Shown: positions 1 through 11,458 of the stretch, piece by piece
Numbering within the stretch: the stretch's first letter is position 1
Layout: every line of letters begins with the position of its first letter
NCBI GenBank assembly: GCA_032718475.1
Contig: JAUCBJ010002699.1
Span: 1-54,174 of the forward strand
Direction of reading: 5' to 3'
Source: Nemertoderma westbladi
Taxonomy: Eukaryota > Animalia > Xenacoelomorpha
DNA length: 54,174 bases
Position numbers and translations under genes: made by a program
Notes under the pieces: model-generated
Database searches by the model: none
What the model saw: the letters and a program-made list of their open reading frames with translations, nothing else
What the model was told of the DNA's origin: nothing

Positions 1-639
1 TTCTATAATTTAGCCTACTAATGTTCTTACAAAAAAGGCAGAAAACATTTCGCTATCTCAACACGGTCTTAAAACACTGATAATAAAGTCCTAAAATCAT
101 AACAAAATCATAACAAAAAGTCCCGTGACTTTAGCTCTCTTATTTTCCAAGAATCCCGTTCAACACATGTAATCAGCAGTGAGACAGGATAATTTCAGTT
201 CAGTAGCTCGGGATTGGTCGAAATCAGAACTAACTCAACGCAGGGCTATGGGTAACTGGGGCAACCTTCCCAAGCCGGCTGTCCAATCGAACAGCTCAGA
301 TCCCTCCTAAAGGATTCCAACGCCTTGGAGGGGGGGAACTGGTTAGCAAAGAAAACAAATCAGTCATATCCCAGAAAAACCTTTACAGTAGGTTTCAGAG
401 TATTTTAGCGTATGGGGGAAAAACTGGGTTGCGGGGCGAAGGGCCAGTTACATCCCACAGAAGCTTTTACACCAGTCGTGTAACTGTAAGATTGGTTATT
501 TGTTTCATAAATATGCATGTTGCATTATATATATTACATATATATTAAGAATGATGTGCCGGTGTATCGACAAAATTGCGCCACCACAACTCCCTATCAC
601 CCATTACATTTACTAGATCATCCCATCTTAAAGGCCAGT

Positions 640-1030
640 GCCCTTTAATGGGCGTCTCAAGAAAGTCATGGGCTGTCCACCATGCTCATTTTCTCCATGA
701 GTAGTACAACATTACACACTGGTTGGACTTCACCTCGAAAGCAATGTCCTGCAAAGCGGAGGCGGTTTCGTTCAAATGTCAAGCTAGGTGAGACTAGTGA
801 AACACCTCCAAGGTTGTATAGATTCTGATTGGAGATGTGTTCATTGTACTTGACACAATGAACCCGGCGCAGCATTCTTGTGAAAGTGCCATCCAGAGAT
901 TTGGTATCCTCTGCAGTAGAGCCCAGCATGGACTCCCTCCCATTTGAGTGCTGGTACTACTGCTGCCATAAATAATCGAACCCCCGTTTTATGCTATAGG
1001 ACTTCCAAATCCTGGACAGACTATTCCTGG
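640..1030 (-). mobile_element. RTE-clade LINE fragment (region C-terminal to RT), decayed
   Basis: ORF 666-929 (KSLDGTFTRMLRRVHCVKYNEHISNQNLY...RNRLRFAGHCFR) resembles the RTE ORF C-terminus and is clearly homologous to 15600-15978 and 15445-15547. Confidence 0.8.
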
Positions 1031-1626
1031 ACAGGGAATATAGCCAATATACTATAATTATTGTAATGTTGTAATTGTTGTTATTGAAATATCATTTAAT
1101 TTACGGATATAATTAATACCTTAATCAAATTAATCGTATTTATTTGAATGCGAGAATTAATGATAAACAGCATTAATGCGTTGCCTGGGTTCCCGACTTG
1201 AGATTTCTCATGTGCCAATTTTGTTTTTGGTAATTTTTATGAGCATTATGTGTGTGGAAAAATAGCAAGGAAATTGTATCAAAGTGACAAAGGGAACTAG
1301 GGTTGAGCTGATTATGCAGCAGTAATAAAAAATATATTTTTTCTTAAACAGTTTTGTATAAAGTAAGCATTAGTAATATTTGAAATGTATAAATTTACTG
1401 GCTAACTTGTATTGGCTTGTTATCTATAATATTCTAGAACACACAATTTCTGGCCAATCTGCATTGAACATTATCAATATTGCATTTGCATGTCAGAGTT
1501 CCAGATACGGCAGACCTGATAGACTTCTGACGTTGTCTGACACGCCCCACAGACACCATGAGACGAAGTATAAACGAAGTATTTACGGTAGTTAGTAGGC
1601 CTATGGGTTTCGTACAATATACTGTA

Positions 1627-1887
1627 TCTATACCTATAAAAATCAAATTCTCTCTCTCTGTGTTCGAACTCCTCCAAAACGGGCGGAGGGATTGCGCTGG
1701 AACTTGGCATGTGTGTATAACATTAACCAGCGGTCGTTATAGGCCACTTTTCGAAAAGTTTAATTCACGTTCGGTACCGGTACTGTGTACCGGTACGTCA
1801 ATAGGCCTATACCGGTACCAGTACGCCAGTAGGCCTATGCCGGTAGCGGGAAATACCGGGAAACATGCCTCGGGTATTGCCTGCTAG
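1627..1887 (+). mobile_element. Short non-autonomous Helitron (~260 bp)
   Basis: A|TCTATACCTATAAAAAT start followed by (CT)n; imperfect subterminal hairpin TACCGGG-AAACATG-CCTCGGGTA; CTAG|T end at 1884-1887; inserted between A and T with no TSD. Confidence 0.75.
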
Positions 1888-2817
1888 TTTATGTATAAAC
1901 TTTAAATACAGTACATTCAATGTGTTTTGTGTATACAATCTCTTCTCTACAAGACAACACTACACTAGAAAGCCAGCAAGCTGGCTGGAAGGAGCCCGGG
2001 GGAAGAATCCTATTTACAAGACTATTACAAATAAACCTTGTCGGTCAGCAGTAAGTAAACTAAACAATTCTAAACTATAAGGCGTGGGGCTAGCTGACTT
2101 TGTGGCTCGTCCCACATAATAAAAAATGAAACTTTGCTATGACAACACACCCGGTTCTTTTAAATTTGCGTGATTTGAGTTTTATGCTCGCAACACTATT
2201 GAGTTTTATAATATTTGTAAGAAATGTTGAAACTTATCTTATGCCAATGTAGTAATGGTATTAAAATATAATTAAATTAATTTACACTATTAATACTTCA
2301 GCTAATAAATGATGCTAATCCTATGAAATAAAAAAAATAAGAATATTATTTTTAAGAACTTTCTACATATATCATATACAAAATAATCAGCCCAATTATT
2401 CGTGGAATACTAATATAATCCTACTGCAGTGGTATATTTTATTTTGTTTATTGACAACGCAACTATTTTCTGTCTATCCCTGAGAGCTGATAAAGGATGT
2501 GTAGACTCAGCCAGCAGCCAGCAGCAGGAGGGGTGTAGTCAAAGTCAAGAAATTATGCATTGATGGAATTCTATCTCAGGCAGTCCTGCACTCAACCATT
2601 CCTACACAGCTAGCTGCTGCAGCAGCTCAGGGAGGAGTTGTTACTTTACCATTGCTTTTAATTTCGCGACAAAATAATTTCAAAAAACGAAATATATCGA
2701 ATACCACACATAGAATCGATCTGATATTTTGTAACGCGATTATGAACCACCAAAGCAATTTACTTTTAAAATTTCAACAAAATCGCCAGGCAGGAAGTGC
2801 CTGAACCTTGATAATTA

Positions 2818-4297
2818 TCAGTCAGTCAGTCAGTCAGTCAGTCAGTCAGTCAGTCAGTCAGTCAGTCAGTCAGTCAGTCAGTCAGTCAGTCAGTCAGTCA
2901 GTCAGTCAGTCAGTCAGTCAGTCAGTCAGTCAGTCAGTCAGTCAGTCAGTCAGTCAGTCAGTCAGTCAGTCAGTCAGTCAGTCAGTCAGTCAGTCAGTCA
3001 GTCAGTCAGTCAGTCAGTCAGTCAGTCAGTCAGTCAGTCAGTCAGTCAGTCAGTCAGTCAGTCAGTCAGTCAGTCAGTCAGTCAGTCAGTCAGTCAGTCA
3101 GTCAGTCAGTCAGTCAGTCAGTCAGTCAGTCAGTCAGTCAGTCAGTCAGTCAGTCAGTCAGTCAGTCAGTCAGTCAGTCAGTCAGTCAGTCAGTCAGTCA
3201 GTCAGTCAGTCAGTCAGTCAGTCAGTCAGTCAGTCAGTCAGTCAGTCAGTCAGTCAGTCAGTCAGTCAGTCAGTCAGTCAGTCAGTCAGTCAGTCAGTCA
3301 GTCAGTCAGTCAGTCAGTCAGTCAGTCAGTCAGTCAGTCAGTCAGTCAGTCAGTCAGTCAGTCAGTCAGTCAGTCAGTCAGTCAGTCAGTCAGTCAGTCA
3401 GTCAGTCAGTCAGTCAGTCAGTCAGTCAGTCAGTCAGTCAGTCAGTCAGTCAGTCAGTCAGTCAGTCAGTCAGTCAGTCAGTCAGTCAGTCAGTCAGTCA
3501 GTCAGTCAGTCAGTCAGTCAGTCAGTCAGTCAGTCAGTCAGTCAGTCAGTCAGTCAGTCAGTCAGTCAGTCAGTCAGTCAGTCAGTCAGTCAGTCAGTCA
3601 GTCAGTCAGTCAGTCAGTCAGTCAGTCAGTCAGTCAGTCAGTCAGTCAGTCAGTCAGTCAGTCAGTCAGTCAGTCAGTCAGTCAGTCAGTCAGTCAGTCA
3701 GTCAGTCAGTCAGTCAGTCAGTCAGTCAGTCAGTCAGTCAGTCAGTCAGTCAGTCAGTCAGTCAGTCAGTCAGTCAGTCAGTCAGTCAGTCAGTCAGTCA
3801 GTCAGTCAGTCAGTCAGTCAGTCAGTCAGTCAGTCAGTCAGTCAGTCAGTCAGTCAGTCAGTCAGTCAGTCAGTCAGTCAGTCAGTCAGTCAGTCAGTCA
3901 GTCAGTCAGTCAGTCAGTCAGTCAGTCAGTCAGTCAGTCAGTCAGTCAGTCAGTCAGTCAGTCAGTCAGTCAGTCAGTCAGTCAGTCAGTCAGTCAGTCA
4001 GTCAGTCAGTCAGTCAGTCAGTCAGTCAGTCAGTCAGTCAGTCAGTCAGTCAGTCAGTCAGTCAGTCAGTCAGTCAGTCAGTCAGTCAGTCAGTCAGTCA
4101 GTCAGTCAGTCAGTCAGTCAGTCAGTCAGTCAGTCAGTCAGTCAGTCAGTCAGTCAGTCAGTCAGTCAGTCAGTCAGTCAGTCAGTCAGTCAGTCAGTCA
4201 GTCAGTCAGTCAGTCAGTCAGTCAGTCAGTCAGTCAGTCAGTCAGTCAGTCAGTCAGTCAGTCAGTCAGTCAGTCAGTCAGTCAGTCAGTCAGTCAG
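2818..4297 (+). repeat. Perfect (TCAG)n microsatellite, 370 units
   Basis: 1480 bp uninterrupted; it accounts for the spurious 497-aa SQSV ORF. Confidence 0.99.
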
Positions 4298-4303
4298 ATG
4301 ACC

Positions 4304-4855
4304 TTTTAAAAAAGTGTCTTTTGCGAAATCGCACCCTCCTTATCTTGGACATTCTTCACATTAGTCGTATTTTTTTCATATCATTAGAAAGCTTGCCTTG
4401 CAAGGATTAGAAATATGTAACAATATCTGAATTTCGTTGAGAAACAACTGAGATATAGGCGTTCAAAGATTACAAGAAGTATTGTTAGCTGAAGGCCATT
4501 TATTCTATTTAAAAAATACACGATGTTCTGGAACATGTTGTTTAAGTATGAATAGCTACGCAATAGATATATTGGATAGGAATACCGCTGTTGCCAACCT
4601 ACTTACAGTATAAAATAAATAACACATTCTAGAATTTTGTGTATTTATTAAATAGAATAAATGACCTGCAGCGAACGATAATTCTTGCAATCTTTGAACG
4701 CCTATATCTCAGTTGTTTCTCAACGAAATTCAGATATTGTTACATATTTCGAATCCTTGCAAGTCAAGCAAGTAATGATATGAAACAATTACGACTAATG
4801 TGAAGAATGGCCACGATACGGAGGGTGCGATTTCGCAACAGACACTTTTGTAAAA
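4304..4855. mobile_element. Foldback/MITE-like long inverted repeat
   Basis: Arms ~4304-4545 and ~4612-4855 are near reverse complements, e.g. CAATATCTGAATTTCGTTGAGAAACAACTGAGATATAGGCGTTCAAAGA / TCTTTGAACGCCTATATCTCAGTTGTTTCTCAACGAAATTCAGATATTG; loop about 65 bp. Confidence 0.85.
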
Positions 4856-5044
4856 CGCTTATAAATAAAATTTAAAAGCAAAATCGAAAATTCCGGCTTC
4901 ATGGGGTCAAACCCTGGGGAGTGGAACTAATTGTGTTTCAAATTTCAAGCAATATGATAAAGATTTGTAGAAAAATCTGGGGGTGGGTCCGTGTCATCAG
5001 AAAATGACACTATATTACGGGACATGGTGTATATCGATATTTAA

Positions 5045-7520
5045 GGGGGGAAGTGTGCGGTCTAAATTCAAAAAAATAAAAATTCAGGTTTTGGTGCGAA
5101 ATGTCTTCTAAACATGTCTTCTATGTTGTGTTAAATTTTTGGATTGAGTTCATTAAGGGAAGTTTGTCAAAAATTTATTTAAATTCAATGTAAGGCGGAA
5201 CTTCCATGTCCGATCGATGAATTTTTCGATGACTATGACTTTTTACCAGTTTTTGTGCCTGTTGTGCAATAGTGTAGCTCAGCTCAGAAATAATGGTGGG
5301 AAATTTAAACACAAATTAGTTTATTTGGAAATTAAGTGTTTTCAGTCATCTATCAAGCAGTCATCAATCAGCTTACAGCCCTAGTGCAGTAGTGGTAAGT
5401 TGTACATCACTATGCACGCAGTACACCTGTACTGATAATTTGCAGATTAGAAATGTTGGTAGCAGTCTGACTGTCAGAAAGGATAGTGTCAAGAAATTGA
5501 ATGTGGTCCCTCAATCAGATAGTGCTTCTGTACAATCTGTCAGTCTGTATATATTTTGCATATCATTGCTGCATTGTAATTTCATAATTGTGCTTCATAT
5601 TACTGTATTAGGCTATAAATTGAACCAGATTGACTGTTGAATTTAACTTTCCAAGAAATGGGCCGGGGTAGAAAGTCTAAAAGGTTCAGAGGCAATCAAT
5701 ATTTGAGTAAAGATAAAACTACTAGAAAACCTATCAAACTCAGTGCTTCAAGAAGAAAACTAGTGTCAAAAAAGAGTATCCCTGTTGAGATATCCAACAC
5801 CACCAGTAGTAATATCATAGTAAATATTGAGATTTTATCTGAAGCCATTAGTAAGTAATGTTTGCCAGAATTGCCATGGGACAATACATCTACGTTCCTG
5901 CTCTGCTCCAGGCCTAGCTGTAAAACTTAGTCTAGTATGTGATTCATGTGAGTCACAGTCAACTTTCTATTCATCACCAAAGATTCCGACTACGAATCCT
6001 AAGACACCTAAGAGGAACTTTGATATAAATATACGCACTGTGTATGGATTGCGTTGTATTGGGATTGGTAAAGCGCAAGCAGATATATTATTTTCTATGA
6101 TGGATCTTCCGCAGACTTTGGATTCCTATCAAAGAGTGCAACGAAAAATACTACTTCCAAGTATCCAAATGTGTGCAGACAGTTCAATGATAGCACCTTC
6201 CAAGGAAGCAATATCATGTAACACAAATAGTAGCAACGATGTTGGCAGTACTGTTCTCACGGATATCCCGGTAAGTATCGATGGGTCTTGGCAGAGAAGA
6301 GGACATAAATCCCTAAATGGGGTAGTCTCTGTTATTAGTGTGGATACTGGCAAAGTTCTTGACACAGAGTGTCTGAGTAAGTATTGCCACTGGTGTTCTA
6401 CAGCAGGAAAGACTGCCAGTGCAGCAGCAAAGGTTGCACATAGTGCCATCTGTCAAAAGAACTACGAAGGCAGCAGCGGAGGGATGGAAGCTGCAGGTGC
6501 GAAATCGATCTTCAACCGATCAATCACCAAGCTCAGGGTTAGATACACAAAGTATCTTGGAGATGGAGACAGCTCCAGTTTTAAGACAGTAGCGGACTCC
6601 AAACCATATGGTGAAGATGTAGTAATTGAGAAACTGGAGTGCATCGGACACGTTCAAAAGCGGATGGGGTCTCGATTGCGAAATCTAAAGACATCACACA
6701 AGAGTCCATAGGTGGTTTGGGATGACTCACTGATAATTTGATCGATTCTATACAGTTATACTATGGAAGGGCTATAAGAAAGAACTGTGATTCTGTTCTA
6801 GATATGCGAATGGCAATATGGGCAATTTACTTCCACTTGCAGTCATCGGATAGAAAGCCGCAGCATGAATTGTGCCCAAGAGGACTCGATTCATGGTGCA
6901 AATACAACAAGGGGATAATAACACGTATACGATACCACCACAAATCACCACTTGGTCCAGCCATAGCTGAAGTCATCAAACCTACCTTCAAAGATCTTAC
7001 AAATCCTGATTTACTGAAACGTTGTCTCCATGGAAAAACTCAAAATGTTAACGAAAGCTACAATAATATGCTTTGGCTTCGATGCTCAAAGAGGATATTT
7101 CTAGGAAGAAACACCCTCTCAATTGGAATGTTGGATGCAGTACTTTGCTTCAATGATGGAGCAGTTTCACGGATTGCAGTCCTTCAAGAAATGGGATGCT
7201 TGATTGGAGAAAATTGTAAATTGGGACTTCAGACGATAGATAATACAAGGATCAGAAAGGCTGAGAAAGATCAAGCGCTTCTTGAGAAGGGTGTAAAGAA
7301 GTCTAAAGGCACTAAGAGGAAGAGAGAAGATGAGCCAGAGACTGAATATGGACCAGGAATGTTTTAGACTGGTTAACTCTGTTTTGTAAATTATATTTGT
7401 GTAACTTTGTGCATCATTAGTATCTTTTAAAATCAAGAATCCGATGCAAAATGGTATCAAAACTTTAATCGGTGTTTACGCGACACGTCAGTGTACACCA
7501 TTTGGTTCCAAAATATGTGA
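5045..7520 (+). mobile_element. DNA transposon with TTAA|GGGGGG left end (Kolobok-like); right terminus not found
   Basis: TTAA at 5041-5044 followed by GGGGGGAAGTGTGCGG, about 610 bp upstream of a DDE transposase; no matching right TIR seen, so the right boundary is approximate. Confidence 0.65.
5658..7367 (+). pseudogene. Mutator-like/Kolobok-type DDE transposase, disrupted
   Basis: Three consecutive ORFs carry CxxC..CxxC, SIDGSWQRRGHKSLNG, NYEGSSGGME, YLGDGDS, KLECIGHVQKRMG, QH-x2-CP-x4-SWC and HGKTQNVNESYN. Frameshifts near 5840-5858 and ~6705, plus an in-frame TGA at ~6723. Confidence 0.9.
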
Positions 7521-8187
7521 AAATTATTTTTATGATCTATTATAATGCACGATTAATAACTATTTACATACTTCTACAGTTTGCTGATCCGAGTGCTTTG
7601 TTACACGAACGAGCGTTAGTGAGTGAGTGAAAATAATGCCACGGGGATCAGAACTCTGTAAAGTACTTTGATGCTAGTATGTAGGCCCCTATGTAGTTTT
7701 ATTCCAAAATTTTAACATTACGAAATGATTGTATAGCTGACCGTGCAGTGACGTGAAATTTTTTTTTTAATATAACCTTATAACCGAAATATAACCTTAT
7801 ACCAGAATGAGAAAAAATTGTTTCATGTCACTGCAGACTGGGTATATGCATTTAAGATTTCATGAAATCTAATCTGAGGTCTAGAATATGCCAGGTATCA
7901 ATTAGGAAGAAAAAATTATAAACAATAATATGAAATGGCTGAAGGTTTTCATGTCAGACATTTCTAAAATGTTTTCATTTTAGCCCACTAGCGGTAGACT
8001 GGAGAACTGCTGTGGGATTACCGTCCCAACAAAGATGCAGCCTATGGATGATGGTCTACTGGTTTACGGCACAGCATGTACATCTGTGAAGTTTCAGCTT
8101 AAATGGATAACAAAACACAAAGTGAGAGAAGGTTTTCACTTTCAATACCCTAACGTATACTTTCAGTACTGTATACTTTCAATACCC

Positions 8188-8440
8188 TAATGGAACCAAA
8201 GAACAACTGGATTACATCCTTATAAACAAAAAGTGGAGAAACAGCATGTATGATCAACTGTGAGGCATACAGCTCGTTCAACCTAATTCTGTAATTGGTT
8301 CGGACCACAGAATTGTGACTGCAGAGATCAGACTCAGTTTGAGCTGTTGAGAGCCAGCAAACCCAGGACAAGCAAGCAAATCAACTATGACTGGGAAAAA
8401 CTCAGAACTGACAATGCAGTGAAGGATGCTTACACTTCAG
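8188..8440 (+). mobile_element. RTE LINE fragment, C-terminal part of the AP endonuclease
   Basis: Manual translation across frameshifts: NGTKEQLDYILINKKWRNS...CEAYSSF...GSDHRIVTAEIRLSL. Confidence 0.8.
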
Positions 8441-8574
8441 CCAATGGATGAAGACCAGTCCACCGATTCAAGCCCACAAGGAATCACAAGGATTTTTGCA
8501 CTTAATTTGCAGCCTGGGCCTACTGCATTGTCAGATTGTGCATTATCTGTGGTACAGTGGTACAGTACGCAGAT

Positions 8575-8800
8575 ACAACTTACTCACTTGATTTTATTAC
8601 TTGCTAAAATATTTATATTATTATCACCCGCTGTACCTTCTGTTGATGTATATATATTTTCATCACTTGCTCTGTTGCTGTATTTATAATTTTATCACTT
8701 GCTGTATATATACCTGCTGTTGCTGTATATATATTTTTATCACTTGCTGTATATATATTTTTATCACTTGCTGTATACATATATTTTTTATTTATCACTT
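8575..8800 (+). repeat. Degenerate ~23-bp minisatellite (TATATATTTTTATCACTTGCTG-like)
   Basis: Several imperfect tandem copies of ...TTTATCACTTGCTGTATATA. Confidence 0.7.
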
Positions 8801-9854
8801 TCAGTACGTACATTGCACAACATATGAACAAACATGATTAAACATAAATATATTTTAATTTTCTCGGATAACGAATACTGGATTGACTTTATTTTAATAG
8901 TGCTACTCAGTCTAAATTGTATATTTTTGTTAGTCTCCATGAATTACGTTTTTATTTCAGGGGGCGACCCCTACACTGTGTGTAAATCCTTAATAATAAT
9001 AATAATAATAATAATACGGTACAATAGCAGTAGGCCCTACCTACTTCTCTTTCGCTAGACCTACTTCAGTACTTCTGTGATAGTGTGAAGCCTACCCATA
9101 TCTGTAGGCCTATTATGACAGTTGCGGTACCGTACCGATACACTCTGACGGTGCAAGCAACGGTACTAGGCCCACCCTACAGCCCTACAGTCCACCAGTA
9201 CAGCCTTCACCTACTAGGGCCTATTGCAGTATTGCACTACTGTCAGACTATCAGACTGGTAGCTGTCTGCTCTGTACCGGTACTATACCTCAACAGGGTT
9301 TCAATAAACTGAAAGAATTTCAAAAACAACACCTGTTGTTTTGTCCTAGGACAAAACAACACATTTTTTACGTAGACTATCATTAGCAGAGTATTAATGT
9401 ATTACCCCGTAAGCTGAATAGCTCTTCCCAGTGAATCCTATGGGAATACCATTGTAAGCACTGGGCCGTTCAAAAGTTTTATAGGTTGATGATAATGTAT
9501 GAGGAGGGACCCAACTAACACTACGTTTGTCTATGGACGCTCTCCTTATAGTGCATATAGTCCTTATAGTAAATTTTCTAGACAACTTCAAACTATCATT
9601 ATTATGTTGTAATCATCTAATGAATTATAAAAGCTGTTGTGATTATAGAAGATAGAGAGCAGTTAGCGAAATTATAGAGCTATCGAATAGACTAGTCAGA
9701 GAGGAGTCGAGGTGTCAATTGATTAATAATAATAACAGCAGTTGTCATGAATTCACTACAATCGCGCACAAGAAGTGATAAGACAAATTCGTTCTTATTT
9801 TTGTAATAAGTAAAACAAGTTGAGATGTTTCAATCTAAACCGCGATTAACTTGC

Positions 9855-10110
9855 TAATTAAGCCTCACATAGAGAAACTGCTGCGTAAAAGAAAAAACAG
9901 ATTTCGACCAAATAGATCAACAACAGCTCAGATACTTGCATTGATATATTGTGACAAAGAAGCTCAGATACTCTCACCAGATGGTGAAACTGAGTTCTTT
10001 TCAATCCTGGCTGGCGTACTGCAAGGTGACTGACACATTGGCTATTCATAACATGTTCGACACATTACTATTCGTAATTGTATTGGATTACGCAATGAGA
10101 ACGGCCACAA
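9855..10110 (+). mobile_element. RTE LINE reverse-transcriptase fragment with internal deletion
   Basis: FRPNRSTTAQILAL / SPDGETEFFSILAGVLQGD-TLA / LFVIVLDYAMRTAT. Confidence 0.85.
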
Positions 10111-11067
10111 GAACTTTGATTACATTACAAGTTATTTTAAAAAATATTACATAAATTTTACAAGTATTCCTTGTAAACTAATCTCTACTAATGAAATTTT
10201 CAGTAATTTAAACAAGATTTGGCACAATAATAAAGAGAAAGCACAACACACTACATAGTTTACAGAATCAGTTTACAGATTCAGACGAGTGGAGTGATCG
10301 ACAATCCATCACCATCCTCCATATCCAGACTGAAATCTACCAGAATACATATGTGGAGGTTGCATTAGAAAGGACACATGACTCAAAAATCAAATTTTTG
10401 GAATACATTTTGTAGCAAACTTTTCGGGCTTTCTAATGGTATATTTGGTTTAAGTCTAGATATATTTTTGCTTTTGTAAAATCCAAAAAACTACGCGGTA
10501 GTTTGACAAAATATCATAGTTTAAACCTTCCCGCCAAAAACTGACAGACAGACAGACATACTAGACTCTGACAAACATGAAAAATTTCATCGGTAATGAA
10601 ATCACCGACATGGAAAACCTCGAAGGTGAAACTGTTAGCAAAATTCACTTCCATCAGGGAACAGTTTATTCAAGTTACTTATTGTTAATATTAAATGACA
10701 AATTATAATAAATATTCAATCACTTACATAACACCACTTTAAACCGGGTCTGGTTTAACCGAAAATATTTAATGCAACCATGAGATCACTACAGTAACAT
10801 AGAATGCATGACAATTATTAAATTAATAGAGTAAACAAACACAATCTTGGAAATTTGATTTATCGATAAATAATAAAAACCAACAAATAAATTAATAGAC
10901 AACAATCAAGTAAAATTTCTCATCGAAATTTATAAACATTTAATTTGAAAATGGAAATATTTCATAACCCCGTGATATATAGGAATTATTATAGGTGCCT
11001 GTATACTAATCAACAATGTAGGAAAATCTGTATCTATAGGCCTATAATAACAATAAAATAAAATAAA

Positions 11068-11327
11068 GCGGCAGCTTGGTCTAGTGGTGACATTCCTGGG
11101 CTTCCAATTAGGTAGCCCTGGTTCGATCCCTAGATGGGGCAGCACTATTTGGGCACAGTGCTTTAAATACTGCAGCCTATCCCAACCCCGGCTTTCATCC
11201 TTCAGTGGTCGATAAATGCGAACCAAGGCAACTTGGGAAACAGAGTGGAAGGGTTTACTGTGGAAGATCACCCGTGGTGGTGAACAGGCATTCCTTGGCT
11301 TAACGAGTCTAAAAGATTCTCCCATTC
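11068..11327 (+). mobile_element. tRNA-derived SINE
   Basis: Pol III A box TGGTCTAGTGG and B box GGTTCGATCCC; central TTTCATCCTTCAGTGGTCGATAAATG; ATAACAATAAAATAAA repeated at 11047-11062 and 11328-11343 (TSD-like). Confidence 0.85.
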
Positions 11328-11458
11328 ATAACAATAAAATAAAGCCATTATTAACAACGATAACTCTAGGTTGAACCCTTCCTTTTAATTTAATTAATTA
11401 AATATTTTAATTTGTTCCTTTTAATTTCCATTTTCTAATAAAACTACATATAAACGGA

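Noticed and set aside
2808-4301. 497-aa SQSV-repeat ORF
   Set aside because: Translation of a stop-free tetranucleotide microsatellite with a TTG start; no coding evidence.
9394-9591. 65-aa ORF with protein-like composition
   Set aside because: No motif recognised, TTG start, upstream in-frame stop and no clear splice signals.
10370-10670. Possible DINE-1/HINE-like element with (GACA)3
   Set aside because: Termini and diagnostic hairpins could not be identified.
11068-11140. Functional tRNA gene
   Set aside because: Acceptor stem pairs poorly and the sequence continues into a SINE body with TSD-like flanks.
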